From an uncultured Blastocatellia bacterium (lineage in GTDB: Bacteria; Acidobacteriota; Blastocatellia; HR10): 64,000 bases of DNA. The stretch is taken from NCBI GenBank assembly GCA_937934295.1, contig CALHAI010000008.1, positions 32,998-96,997 on the forward strand, in the 5' to 3' direction. A model generated the notes under the pieces. The model made no database searches, was not told where the DNA came from, and saw nothing but the letters and a program-made list of their open reading frames with translations. This document shows positions 9,178-17,940 of the stretch, one piece after another. Position 1 is the first letter of the stretch, and every line of letters begins with the position of its first letter. The position numbers and the translations under genes are program-made.

Positions 9178-10586
9178 GCGCTCTTGAGGAAGAACCGATG
9201 GGGTGGGAGATCGCCGGATATCGAGAGATCAAGGGCGGTCACCTGCATTTGGATGGCGTGAGCGCTCGACGCTTGGCCGAACACTACGGGACGCCGCTTT
9301 TCGTCTTCTCCGAATCGCGCGTGAAGGCTAACGTCCGCGAGCTTCTGGAGAGCGCTCGGCGCGTCCATCCGCGCGTGAGGCTCTGCTATGCGGCGAAAGC
9401 GAACTCACTGCTGGCCATCCTCCGAGCCGTTCGCGAAGCGGGAGCGGACGTTGAGGTCAACAGCGGCGGCGAACTCTACAAAGCCCTGCGCGCCGGTTTT
9501 CGGCCCGAGCAGATCGTCTTCAATGGCGTGAGCAAGACGTTCGAGGAACTGGAGGAAGCGATTCGCGCCGAGATCGATGCCATCAACGTGGATTCGCTGG
9601 CGGAGTTGGAGATGATCGCGACCCTCGCCGAGCGCCTCGGCAAACGCGCCAATGTCGCGCTCCGCCTAGTCCCGGAGATCGAGACGGGCTCACACGCGGG
9701 ATTGCAAACGGCTCTGCTCACCTCGAAATTCGGCCTCTCGCCGTCGGAGATCCCCAAGGGCATTCAGCATGCGCTGGCCCATTCTCGCTCGATCAATCTC
9801 GTCGGGCTTCATGTGCATGTCGGCTCGCAGACGCCGACGCGCGAGCCTTACGCTCGCGCTTTCGCGATGATGTGGCGACTGGCCCTCGCCCTCTATCGTG
9901 AGACCGGCCATCGCTTGCGTCATGTGAACCTGGGAGGCGGCCTGCCCGTCATCTACGCGCACGACGATCGCGTGGTGGCGGAGGTTGGCGAACGCGGACA
10001 GCTCTTTCGCGCCGCATGGGACATCGGCGCGCTTCTGCGCGCAATGCTGGAGACAGCTCTTGAGGTCGCCAAAGACCGTGCGGCGCGCGACCTGCTCGAG
10101 GACCTGGAGATCCTCTTCGAGCCGGGGCGACGTGTGATCGCGGATGCCGGGACGCTCCTGGTGACGATCCGCAATCTCAAGACGCGGTCGGAGACGAGGG
10201 ATACGTGGCTTTTTCTCGATGCGGGGACGGAACTGCTCCCCTCGATGAGCCACTACAAGTGGTACTATCACGTCATCTCGGCCGATCGAACGGCCGAGCC
10301 ACATGAGACCCCATATAAATTGGCGGGCCCGCTGTGCGATGGGGGCGACGTGTATTTCGACATCGAAGGTACGGCGCAGCTCCCCGCTTATCGCTTCCTT
10401 CCCGAAGGCCTGCGTATCGGAAATGTGCTCGCCGTCTTGGACGTCGGCGCATATACGGTCGCGCAGATGTCGAACTACAACGGTCGCCCATTTCCGGCCA
10501 TCCTGTTGATCACCTCCTCCGGAGATGTGCGACCCATTCGTCCTCGCCAGAGCTATGAGGATCTGGTGAGAGGCGAATCGGTGTGA
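9174..10586 (+). CDS. Fold-type III PLP-dependent decarboxylase, D-ornithine/D-lysine decarboxylase (DokD)-like member of the Orn/Lys/Arg/DAP decarboxylase family
   Basis: YAAKAN (PLP Lys), SKFG, HVHVGSQ, GGG, EPGR, KLAGPLCDGGD, DVGAY. Lacks the LysA-typical RPxxY and CES motifs. Family is certain; the subfamily call rests on recalled resemblance to Salmonella DokD. Confidence 0.8.
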   Translation: MSALEEEPMGWEIAGYREIKGGHLHLDGVSARRLAEHYGTPLFVFSESRVKANVRELLESARRVHPRVRLCYAAKANSLLAILRAVREAGADVEVNSGGELYKALRAGFRPEQIVFNGVSKTFEELEEAIRAEIDAINVDSLAELEMIATLAERLGKRANVALRLVPEIETGSHAGLQTALLTSKFGLSPSEIPKGIQHALAHSRSINLVGLHVHVGSQTPTREPYARAFAMMWRLALALYRETGHRLRHVNLGGGLPVIYAHDDRVVAEVGERGQLFRAAWDIGALLRAMLETALEVAKDRAARDLLEDLEILFEPGRRVIADAGTLLVTIRNLKTRSETRDTWLFLDAGTELLPSMSHYKWYYHVISADRTAEPHETPYKLAGPLCDGGDVYFDIEGTAQLPAYRFLPEGLRIGNVLAVLDVGAYTVAQMSNYNGRPFPAILLITSSGDVRPIRPRQSYEDLVRGESV

Positions 10587-10601
10587 GAATCGCGCACGAC
10601 G

Positions 10602-12107
10602 ATGCGACTTCACGCGCTCGATCTGGCGATCATCGCCGCTTACTTCGTGGGGACGACGCTCCTCGGGATGTGGCTCGGGCGCGGACAGCGCACGACGAGC
10701 GAGTATTTCGTCAGCGGGCGGAATCTCCCGTGGTGGGCCATCGCGCTCTCGATCGTGGCGACCGAGACGAGCACGGTCACCTTCATCAGTGTGCCCGGAT
10801 ATGCCTATATGAAGGATGCCAACGGTGAGGGAGGTGATCTGACTTTCCTGCAGCTCGCGTGCGGATACCTGATCGGGCGCCTCATCATCAGCGTCCTGTT
10901 CATCCCCCTCTACTTTCGCGGGGAACTTCTGACGGCCTATCAGGTCCTGGCTCACCGATTCGGTGAACGCGCGCGCCGCGCAGCCTCCGGACTCTTCCTC
11001 CTCACGCGGAGTTTGGCCGATGGCTTTCGACTCTTCGCCACGGCCATTGTGCTCGCGGCGGTGACCGGATGGAGCGATCCGACTTCGATCTTATTGATCG
11101 GTGGGGCGACGATCTTCTACACGTATGTGGGGGGACAACGAGCCGTCATTTGGACGGACGTCATGCAGTTCGGCGTGTATATGGTCGGGGCCTTAGCCGC
11201 CCTGGATGTGCTTTTGGCACGTCTTCCCGGCGGTTGGGAGGCAGCCTGGGCGATGGCCGAAGCGCAGGGGAAATGGCGAGTCTTTGATTTCACGTGGGAC
11301 CTGACCCGAAGCTATACCTTCTGGTCGGGGATCATCGGCGGCGCCTTCCTGACGATGGCCACGCACGGGACCGATCAACTCATCGTGCAGCGCTACTTGG
11401 CGAGCCGCACGGCGCGACAGGCAACGGCCGCGCTCTTGGTGAGCGCACTCATCGTCCTGCTGCAGTTCTTCCTCTTCTTGCTCCTCGGCGTCCTCCTCTT
11501 CGTCTTCTATGCGCACTTTCCGCCGTCGGTGCCGTTCACCAAGAGCGATCGCATCTTCCCATATTTCATCGTGCATGAGCTGCCGATGGGGCTTGTGGGG
11601 CTCGTCATCGCGGCCATCTTCGCTGCGGCGATGTCGACGCTCTCCAGCTCCTTGAACTCTTCGGCGGCGGCAGTGGTGACGGATTTCTATCGCCCCCTTC
11701 GGGGTGAGGGTTTCTCGGAAGCCCACTATCTGCGCGTCGCTCGCAGACTGACGCTCGGTTGGGGGATCGTCCAGATCAGCGTAGCGCTTGTCGCCCGCGC
11801 GCTTTCGCAGCGCGTCGTGGACGAGGTCCTGGCGATCGCGGCCTTCACCAACGGAGCGATCCTCGGCGTCTTCTTCCTCGGCACGCTCGCGGGGCGCGTC
11901 GGCGAATCGGCGGCATTGGTGGGCATGGTCAGTGGGCTTTTGGTCATGCTGTATATCAGATTCTTCACCGCAATCGCCTGGCCGTGGTTCGTCGTGATCG
12001 GATCGGCGACGACGGTGATCACGGGCTTGGCGAGCCAAACGCTGAGAGAGATCGCTATCCGAAGGGTTGAACTGACGCGGATCGAGCGATCCCGAGCACA
12101 TCGCTGA
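10602..12107 (+). CDS. Sodium:solute symporter (SSS) family transporter
   Basis: About 13 hydrophobic segments; [42 protein letters not shown] motifs. Confidence 0.93.
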   Translation: MRLHALDLAIIAAYFVGTTLLGMWLGRGQRTTSEYFVSGRNLPWWAIALSIVATETSTVTFISVPGYAYMKDANGEGGDLTFLQLACGYLIGRLIISVLFIPLYFRGELLTAYQVLAHRFGERARRAASGLFLLTRSLADGFRLFATAIVLAAVTGWSDPTSILLIGGATIFYTYVGGQRAVIWTDVMQFGVYMVGALAALDVLLARLPGGWEAAWAMAEAQGKWRVFDFTWDLTRSYTFWSGIIGGAFLTMATHGTDQLIVQRYLASRTARQATAALLVSALIVLLQFFLFLLLGVLLFVFYAHFPPSVPFTKSDRIFPYFIVHELPMGLVGLVIAAIFAAAMSTLSSSLNSSAAAVVTDFYRPLRGEGFSEAHYLRVARRLTLGWGIVQISVALVARALSQRVVDEVLAIAAFTNGAILGVFFLGTLAGRVGESAALVGMVSGLLVMLYIRFFTAIAWPWFVVIGSATTVITGLASQTLREIAIRRVELTRIERSRAHR

Positions 12108-12115
12108 AGATCGTC

Positions 12116-13879
12116 ATGAAGCTGACGCAGAACGACTGGATCATTATCGTAGCGTACCTCGTCCTCTCGCTCGGGATCGGCCTCGCGTACACGCGACGAG
12201 CGGGTCAGAGTGTGGCCGAGTACTTCCTCTCAGGGCGCCACTTGCCGTGGTGGTTGGCCGGGACTTCGATGGTCGCGACGACCTTCGCCGCCGATACGCC
12301 CTTAGCCGTCACTGAGATGGTTGCCCGGCACGGCGTGGCGGGCAATTGGCTCTGGTGGAATTTCGTCATGAGCGGCATGCTCACGGTCTTCTTGTACGCC
12401 CGGCTCTGGCGGCGCGCCGGGGTGATGACGGATGTGGAGTTCATCGAGCTGCGATATGCTGGGCGGGCGGCCGCTTTCCTGCGGGGGTTTCGAGCGATCT
12501 ACCTCGGGCTCCTCATGAACAGCCTCATCATGGGCTGGGTGACTCTCGGCATGGCGAAGGTCATCGGCCTGTCGCTCAACATCGGGAAGTTGGAGGCGGC
12601 CTTCCTCTGCTTGGGGATCACAGCCTTTTATTCCCTGCTCTCGGGACTCTGGGGGGTCGTCGTCACGGATGCCGTTCAGTTTGTGATCGCAATGGTAGGG
12701 GCGATCGCGCTCGCCGTCTTCGCTCTGGAAGTCGTTGGGGGAATATCCGGGCTCATGGCGCGACTCCCGGAGCACTTCGGGAGCGTGGAAGCGGCGATCG
12801 CCGTCTGGCCGGGATGGGGATCAGCGTGGCTTCCCGCGGAGACGCTCCTCGTGTACATCGGTCTCCAGTGGTGGGCGTCTTGGTATCCGGGAGCGGAACC
12901 GGGAGGCGGGGGGTATATCGCGCAGCGCATCTTCTCGACCCGAGATGAGCGGCACGGCGTTTTGGCCACACTCTGGTTCAACATCGCTCACTACACGCTA
13001 AGGCCCTGGCCGTGGATTCTGGTCGCCCTCTCGGCCGTCGTCCTCTATCCCCATTTGCGCATGACTGATCCGACAGCCCTCTATGTGCGCGTGATGGTGG
13101 ATCATCTGCCTCCGATCTGGCGCGGATTGCTCCTCGCTTCCTTCGCGGCAGCGTACATGTCGACGATCGCGACGCATTTGAATTGGGGCACGTCGTATCT
13201 CATCAACGACTTCTATCGCCGTTTCGTCCGCCCTTCGGCAGATGAGCGGCATTATGTCCACGTCTCGCGCGTGGCGACGGGGCTCTTGGCGCTCATTTCG
13301 GTCATCGTGACGCTGAACCTACAGAGGATCACCGGGGCCTGGGAGTTGCTGCTCGGCTTAGGGGCAGGGACCGGACTCGTCTATTTGCTGCGCTGGTTCT
13401 GGTGGCGGATCAACGCCTGGTCGGAGATCGCTGCCATGACGACGGCTCTTACGGCCACCGTGGGACTGAAGATCGCGCGTCCCTTCTCCGAGGACGATCC
13501 CTTGCTCTACGCCAAATCCATGCTCGTGACCGCCACCGTGACGACGATAGTATGGCTGTTGGTGACTTGGCTCACCCCAGCCGAGCCCGAGGCGAAGCTG
13601 AGGGAGTTTTACGAGCGTGTTCGTCCGGGCGGCCCTGGTTGGGCTCCTCTCGCCCGACGACTCAACGTTCCGGCCCAGAACTCGCTCGCCCCGTATCTGG
13701 TGAGTTGGGTCCTCGGATGCGTGCTCATCTACAGCGTCCTCTTCGGGATCGGCGCTCTGATCTTTGGCCAATGGACCAGGGCTCTCCTCTCGCTCGGCGT
13801 CGGGATTTTCGCCGGTGTCGGAGCTCTCAAGCCCTTCGCTCGCCACCAAAATCCCCAAAAGGGGTTATGCTCATCATGA
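12116..13879 (+). CDS. Sodium:solute symporter (SSS) family transporter, a different subfamily from the upstream one
   Basis: EYFLSGRHLPWW, SMVATTFAADTP, GGGGYIAQR, AAYMSTIATHLNWG motifs; multi-TM. Confidence 0.93.
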   Translation: MKLTQNDWIIIVAYLVLSLGIGLAYTRRAGQSVAEYFLSGRHLPWWLAGTSMVATTFAADTPLAVTEMVARHGVAGNWLWWNFVMSGMLTVFLYARLWRRAGVMTDVEFIELRYAGRAAAFLRGFRAIYLGLLMNSLIMGWVTLGMAKVIGLSLNIGKLEAAFLCLGITAFYSLLSGLWGVVVTDAVQFVIAMVGAIALAVFALEVVGGISGLMARLPEHFGSVEAAIAVWPGWGSAWLPAETLLVYIGLQWWASWYPGAEPGGGGYIAQRIFSTRDERHGVLATLWFNIAHYTLRPWPWILVALSAVVLYPHLRMTDPTALYVRVMVDHLPPIWRGLLLASFAAAYMSTIATHLNWGTSYLINDFYRRFVRPSADERHYVHVSRVATGLLALISVIVTLNLQRITGAWELLLGLGAGTGLVYLLRWFWWRINAWSEIAAMTTALTATVGLKIARPFSEDDPLLYAKSMLVTATVTTIVWLLVTWLTPAEPEAKLREFYERVRPGGPGWAPLARRLNVPAQNSLAPYLVSWVLGCVLIYSVLFGIGALIFGQWTRALLSLGVGIFAGVGALKPFARHQNPQKGLCSS

Positions 13880-13903
13880 GGATCATTAAAGGAGGGGTAC
13901 GGT

Positions 13904-13961
13904 TTCCGAAGATTTGGAAATTTCTTCCAAATTTTTGGAAGCACCTCTCTGATATTTGGAG
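13904..13961. promoter_or_regulatory. Tandem palindromic operator/enhancer-like sites (TTCC-N8-GGAA twice plus a half-conserved third copy, 21-bp period)
   Basis: TTCCGAAGATTTGGAA at 13904-13919 and TTCCAAATTTTTGGAA at 13925-13940. TTTGGA recurs at 13913, 13934 and 13955. AT-rich patch in a GC-rich background. Confidence 0.6.
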
Positions 13962-14036
13962 AGGGGGGAGGCCCTCGTTGGCTCTATCCTGCTCTCACTG
14001 AGCAGCTTAGACAGATGCGGGAGCTCGCCTGTGTCG

Positions 14037-14052
14037 CGGAACGCAAGTTGCT
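14037..14052 (+). promoter_or_regulatory. Putative sigma54 (-24/-12) promoter for the TonB-dependent receptor
   Basis: CGGAACG-CAAG-TTGCT: GG at 14038-39 and GC at 14050-51 with canonical spacing; 2 mismatches to TGGCACG-N4-TTGCW. Confidence 0.5.
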
Positions 14053-14152
14053 TAAAAATCACTACAGCATGACGTAAGACCGGCATGATCTTTCACATTC
14101 CAGGGCCATGCAGCGATGCGAGGGCCCTGTGAGACGACCTTGGAGGAGGCTT

Positions 14153-17100
14153 ATGAAGAGATTCGTTGTGGGCGTGACTTGTTTAGCGCTTTTGGTCTCT
14201 GGACTGACGATGACGTTTGGCCAGGGGACGACCTCACGAGTCGTGGGCGTGGTGACCGATCCGATGGGAGCTGTGGTCCCTGATGCTGTCGTCACGATCA
14301 CCAACGAGGCGACGCGCGTCTCCTACACGACGCGCACGACATCGGCAGGAACCTACGTCTTCGACGCGATCCCTATTGGAACCTACACGGTGACGGTGGA
14401 GAAAGAGGGATTCAAGAAGTTCGTCTCCACGGGGAACGTCCTGACGATCGGTCAGCCGATGACCGTCAACGTGAGGCTCGAAGTCGGGCAGATCGCGGAA
14501 GCGGTGGAGGTAACGGGAGCTGCTGAGCTGGTTCAGACGAGCACGTCCGGGAACTTTGGGAATCTCGTGACCCAACAGGCGATCTTGAATCTGCCGATCG
14601 TTGGCGTTCGAGGGCGCAATCCCCTGAACTTCGTCCTCTTTCAGCCAGGCGTGGTCTCGGGAGCGAACACAGGAGGAGGCGTCCACGTTCATGGTGCGCG
14701 CGATCGCGCCTGGAACTTCACGCTCGATGGCATTGACATCAATGAGACGAGTGCGGGCGGGTCGAACTTCTCGCCGCTGCGCACGAATCCCGACACGCTG
14801 GCCGAATTCCGCGTCCTGACGAGCAATTTCACGGCCGAGTATGGACGCAACAGTGGCGGGCAGGTCACGATGGTGACCCGCTCGGGCACCAATGAGTTCC
14901 ACGGCACGCTCTTTTGGTTTTACCAAACCCCGCGTCTCCACGCCAACGAGTACGAGAATAACTTGAACGACCTACCGAAGCGTCAATTCGTCCAACACAT
15001 CCCGGGCTTCAGTCTCGGTGGACCGATCATCCGTAACAGGACCTTCTTCTTCACGAATCTTCAGGTCTTGCGCACGCGCGAGACCCGCATCGTCACGAGC
15101 ACCGTCTATACGGCCGAAGCGCGGCGCGGTCTCTTCCGCTACGTCCGAGGTGGGCGGAACCTTCCGGCGGGCGTCCCGGGCGCCTCGGTGGACTTCAATG
15201 GGAATCCGCTGCCGGGCCTCAACATCGGCGTTTACGATATCGCGGCGAATGATCCGGCTGGTTACGGCCTCGATCCGACGATCAAGCGCTTGATTGACAT
15301 GACCCCGCTGCCCAACAACTTCGCCGTTGGGGACGGTCTGAACGTCGCCGGATTCACCTGGTCGCCCATTCAGCGAGAAGAGCAGGAGGACTTCGTCCTG
15401 CGGATTGACCATGTCTTCAATGAGCGGCATACGCTCTTCGGGCGATGGGCGCATGGGCGTCAGGATACGCTGGGCGACTTCGTCAACAGCGGATGGGCAC
15501 GCTTCCCGAACACGCCGCGCTTTGTTGATACGACGCGCGATCCGCGGAACCTGGCGATCAACTGGCGGTGGACGCCGACGGCCCGCATGACGAACGAGTT
15601 CGTCGTTGGGATGAATCGGTTCACCTTCAGCTTCAACAATCCCGATCCGAATCCGCAAACGCCCCCCTTCGTCCTGAACAACGTGACGACGCCGCTGCCG
15701 GGGACGGATCCCTTCTTCTACAACGCGCGCGCGCTGACGACCTATCAACTGGTGGACAACTTCACCTACGTTCGCGGGGCACATACGTTCAAGGCAGGCG
15801 TCAACTTCCGTTACCAGCGGCACATTGATCGGCGGACGTCAGTGGCCGGGTTGAACACACGCCTCTCGGCTAATCTGAGCACAGCGGTGAACACGGTGGA
15901 TCCGGTCACCTTCAAGCTCCCGGCGGACATCAACACGACCTTCGATCGCCCGCGCCTACAGGCCGCGATCAACGATCTGCTCGGGCGCGTTGGGACGCTC
16001 AGCCGTGCCTTCGTCGCCATCAGCGATGACCAATATGGACCACCGGGGACGACGTTCAGCTTCGATGCCCGCTATCCCGAATACGACTTCTACTGGCAGG
16101 ATACTTGGAAGGTTCGTCCGAACTTGACGTTCGATCTCGGCCTGCGATGGGAGATCAAGCTCTCGCCGAGTGACCCGCGCAATCGCATCCTTCGCCCGGA
16201 GCGCCCCATGGTCTTGGGCGCGCCGCCCAGCGATACGATTCGCTGGGTGAAGGGAGAGCTGTATGATGACGATTGGAATAACTTCGGTCCCACGATCGGC
16301 TTCGCCTGGGATCCGTTCGGCACGGGGAAGACCTCGCTCCGAGCAAACTATCGCCTGGCGTACGATCGTGTGCCGACCTTTCTCTTCTCGTCCTTCATCT
16401 TCCCCACGATGCCGGGGATCGCTCTGCCGGTGATCAATCAGGAATTCGGGCAGCGCGGCGGGCGAATTCGCGATGGGCTGCCTGTGCTCGCGCCTCCGGC
16501 CGGTCTGACGCCCGCGCAACTGCGACAGCCGGCCCCCTTCTCGACAGCGAGCATCCATGTCGTGGATCCGAGCTTGCGCTCGGCGAAGACGAACATGTGG
16601 GGCTTGAGCATTCAGCGCGAGCTGATGTGGAAGACTGTGCTCGAGCTGAATTACATCGGGCGCCGTGGCGTCGGATTGCTCGGTGCCTACAACGTCAACC
16701 AGGCGGAGATCTTCCAGAACGGATTCCTGGAGGCCTTCCGCATCGTGCAGGCCGGTGGAGAGAGCGATCTCATCAACCGCTTGCTCGAGAAGGACTCGCG
16801 GCGGCGCGCTGGGGAGACCGGTTCGCAAATGCTGCGGCGGCTCTTCGCTTCGACGCTGAACTTGAATTCGGTGGCGGCTCTGGCGGCATCTTTGGCGACG
16901 CGCACGGAGGCGGGTCAACCCCTAGTTGTCGCCAGCGGTTTCAGCCCCTTCTTCTTCTTCCCCTTCCCGCAGTTCGCCGGTGGCCTGGTTGTCCTCGATA
17001 GCAATGACTTCTCGACCTACCACGCCTTCGAAGCACAGATCACACGGCAGCTCAGCCGCGGCTTGAGCTTCCAGTTCAGCTACACCTTCGCCAAATCGCT

Positions 17101-17782
17101 CGACACGCGCTCCTTCGATCCCACGTTCACAACGGCCGCGGGAGGAACCGCCCAATCGGCCTCGAGCACACCCTTTGATCTCCGCAATCGGCGATTGAAC
17201 TACGCGCGGTCAGACTTCGACCGTCGGCACTCCTTCCAGGGGTATTGGACGTGGGATCTCCCCTTCGGCTTGGGTCAGCGCTGGGGGTCTAATTGGCATC
17301 CCGCGCTGAATCATATCGCCGGAGGCTGGCAGGTTGCCGGCATCGTGCGCTGGCATTCGGGTCGTCCTTTCACCGTCTACTCCGGGGCGAATACCCTGAG
17401 CAACGTCGTCTCTTCCCCGGCCGATTGCAACGGGTGCACGCCGGACATGGGGCGCTTGATCATGGAGGCGGGAACCTTCTATTACTTCGACGCTCAACAG
17501 CGTGGACTCTTCTCGATTCCGGCTCCCGGGCGACTCGGGAACACCGGGCGTAACTTCTTCACCGGACCGTCGTTCTTCACCCTCGACCTCACCATCGGGA
17601 AGCAGTTCCGCGTCACCGAGCGTCAAAACCTCCAATTCCGGTTGGAGATTCAGAACGCGACCAACACGCCCTCATTCGGGTTCCCGACGGCGGTGGTCAC
17701 CAGCGCCGTCTTCGGCCGGGTGCGGGATAGCGTCGTCAGCAGCTCGCGGAAGATGCAACTCGCTTTGAAGTACAACTTCTGA
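14153..17782 (+). CDS. TonB-dependent receptor, Oar-like, with N-terminal carboxypeptidase-regulatory-like domain
   Basis: RBS GGAGGAGG, signal peptide, GVVTDPMGAVVP...Y domain, plug motif FRVLTSNFTAEYGRNSGGQV, C-terminal LKYNF. Confidence 0.93.
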   Translation: MKRFVVGVTCLALLVSGLTMTFGQGTTSRVVGVVTDPMGAVVPDAVVTITNEATRVSYTTRTTSAGTYVFDAIPIGTYTVTVEKEGFKKFVSTGNVLTIGQPMTVNVRLEVGQIAEAVEVTGAAELVQTSTSGNFGNLVTQQAILNLPIVGVRGRNPLNFVLFQPGVVSGANTGGGVHVHGARDRAWNFTLDGIDINETSAGGSNFSPLRTNPDTLAEFRVLTSNFTAEYGRNSGGQVTMVTRSGTNEFHGTLFWFYQTPRLHANEYENNLNDLPKRQFVQHIPGFSLGGPIIRNRTFFFTNLQVLRTRETRIVTSTVYTAEARRGLFRYVRGGRNLPAGVPGASVDFNGNPLPGLNIGVYDIAANDPAGYGLDPTIKRLIDMTPLPNNFAVGDGLNVAGFTWSPIQREEQEDFVLRIDHVFNERHTLFGRWAHGRQDTLGDFVNSGWARFPNTPRFVDTTRDPRNLAINWRWTPTARMTNEFVVGMNRFTFSFNNPDPNPQTPPFVLNNVTTPLPGTDPFFYNARALTTYQLVDNFTYVRGAHTFKAGVNFRYQRHIDRRTSVAGLNTRLSANLSTAVNTVDPVTFKLPADINTTFDRPRLQAAINDLLGRVGTLSRAFVAISDDQYGPPGTTFSFDARYPEYDFYWQDTWKVRPNLTFDLGLRWEIKLSPSDPRNRILRPERPMVLGAPPSDTIRWVKGELYDDDWNNFGPTIGFAWDPFGTGKTSLRANYRLAYDRVPTFLFSSFIFPTMPGIALPVINQEFGQRGGRIRDGLPVLAPPAGLTPAQLRQPAPFSTASIHVVDPSLRSAKTNMWGLSIQRELMWKTVLELNYIGRRGVGLLGAYNVNQAEIFQNGFLEAFRIVQAGGESDLINRLLEKDSRRRAGETGSQMLRRLFASTLNLNSVAALAASLATRTEAGQPLVVASGFSPFFFFPFPQFAGGLVVLDSNDFSTYHAFEAQITRQLSRGLSFQFSYTFAKSLDTRSFDPTFTTAAGGTAQSASSTPFDLRNRRLNYARSDFDRRHSFQGYWTWDLPFGLGQRWGSNWHPALNHIAGGWQVAGIVRWHSGRPFTVYSGANTLSNVVSSPADCNGCTPDMGRLIMEAGTFYYFDAQQRGLFSIPAPGRLGNTGRNFFTGPSFFTLDLTIGKQFRVTERQNLQFRLEIQNATNTPSFGFPTAVVTSAVFGRVRDSVVSSSRKMQLALKYNF

Positions 17783-17791
17783 GAGCTCTTC

Positions 17792-17828
17792 GGGTGCGGG
17801 AGGGAGATTCGCCTCCCCTCCCGCGCCC
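17792..17828 (+). terminator. GC-rich stem-loop after the receptor gene (terminator or mRNA stabiliser)
   Basis: GGGTGCGGGAGGGAG-ATTCGC-CTCCCCTCCCGCGCCC imperfect inverted repeat; no clear U-tract. Confidence 0.45.
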
Positions 17829-17910
17829 CTACCACGGCGAAAGCCTTCGACAATCCCCCACTCGCTTCAGGAAGACGCCTCTGCGCTTTCGGTGAGCGCG
17901 AACGGGCGTA

Positions 17911-17919
17911 TGCTATAAT
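17911..17919 (+). promoter_or_regulatory. Extended -10 promoter of hslO
   Basis: TGCTATAAT, ending 21 nt before ATG 17941, with RBS GAGGTG in between. Confidence 0.6.
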
Positions 17920-17940
17920 GGGCGATGCGAGGTGCGCGCT

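Noticed and set aside
9174-10586. Assignment as lysA (diaminopimelate decarboxylase)
   Set aside because: It lacks the RPxxY and CES substrate motifs, and the genomic context is catabolic.
13904-13961. CRISPR mini-array or iteron set
   Set aside because: Only 2-3 degenerate 21-bp units with no spacers, and no cas or rep genes.
13994-14003. The 10-mer CTCACTGAGC recurs at 23639-23648 near the other TonB receptor gene
   Set aside because: It is upstream of one gene and downstream of the other; a single 10-mer match is compatible with chance.
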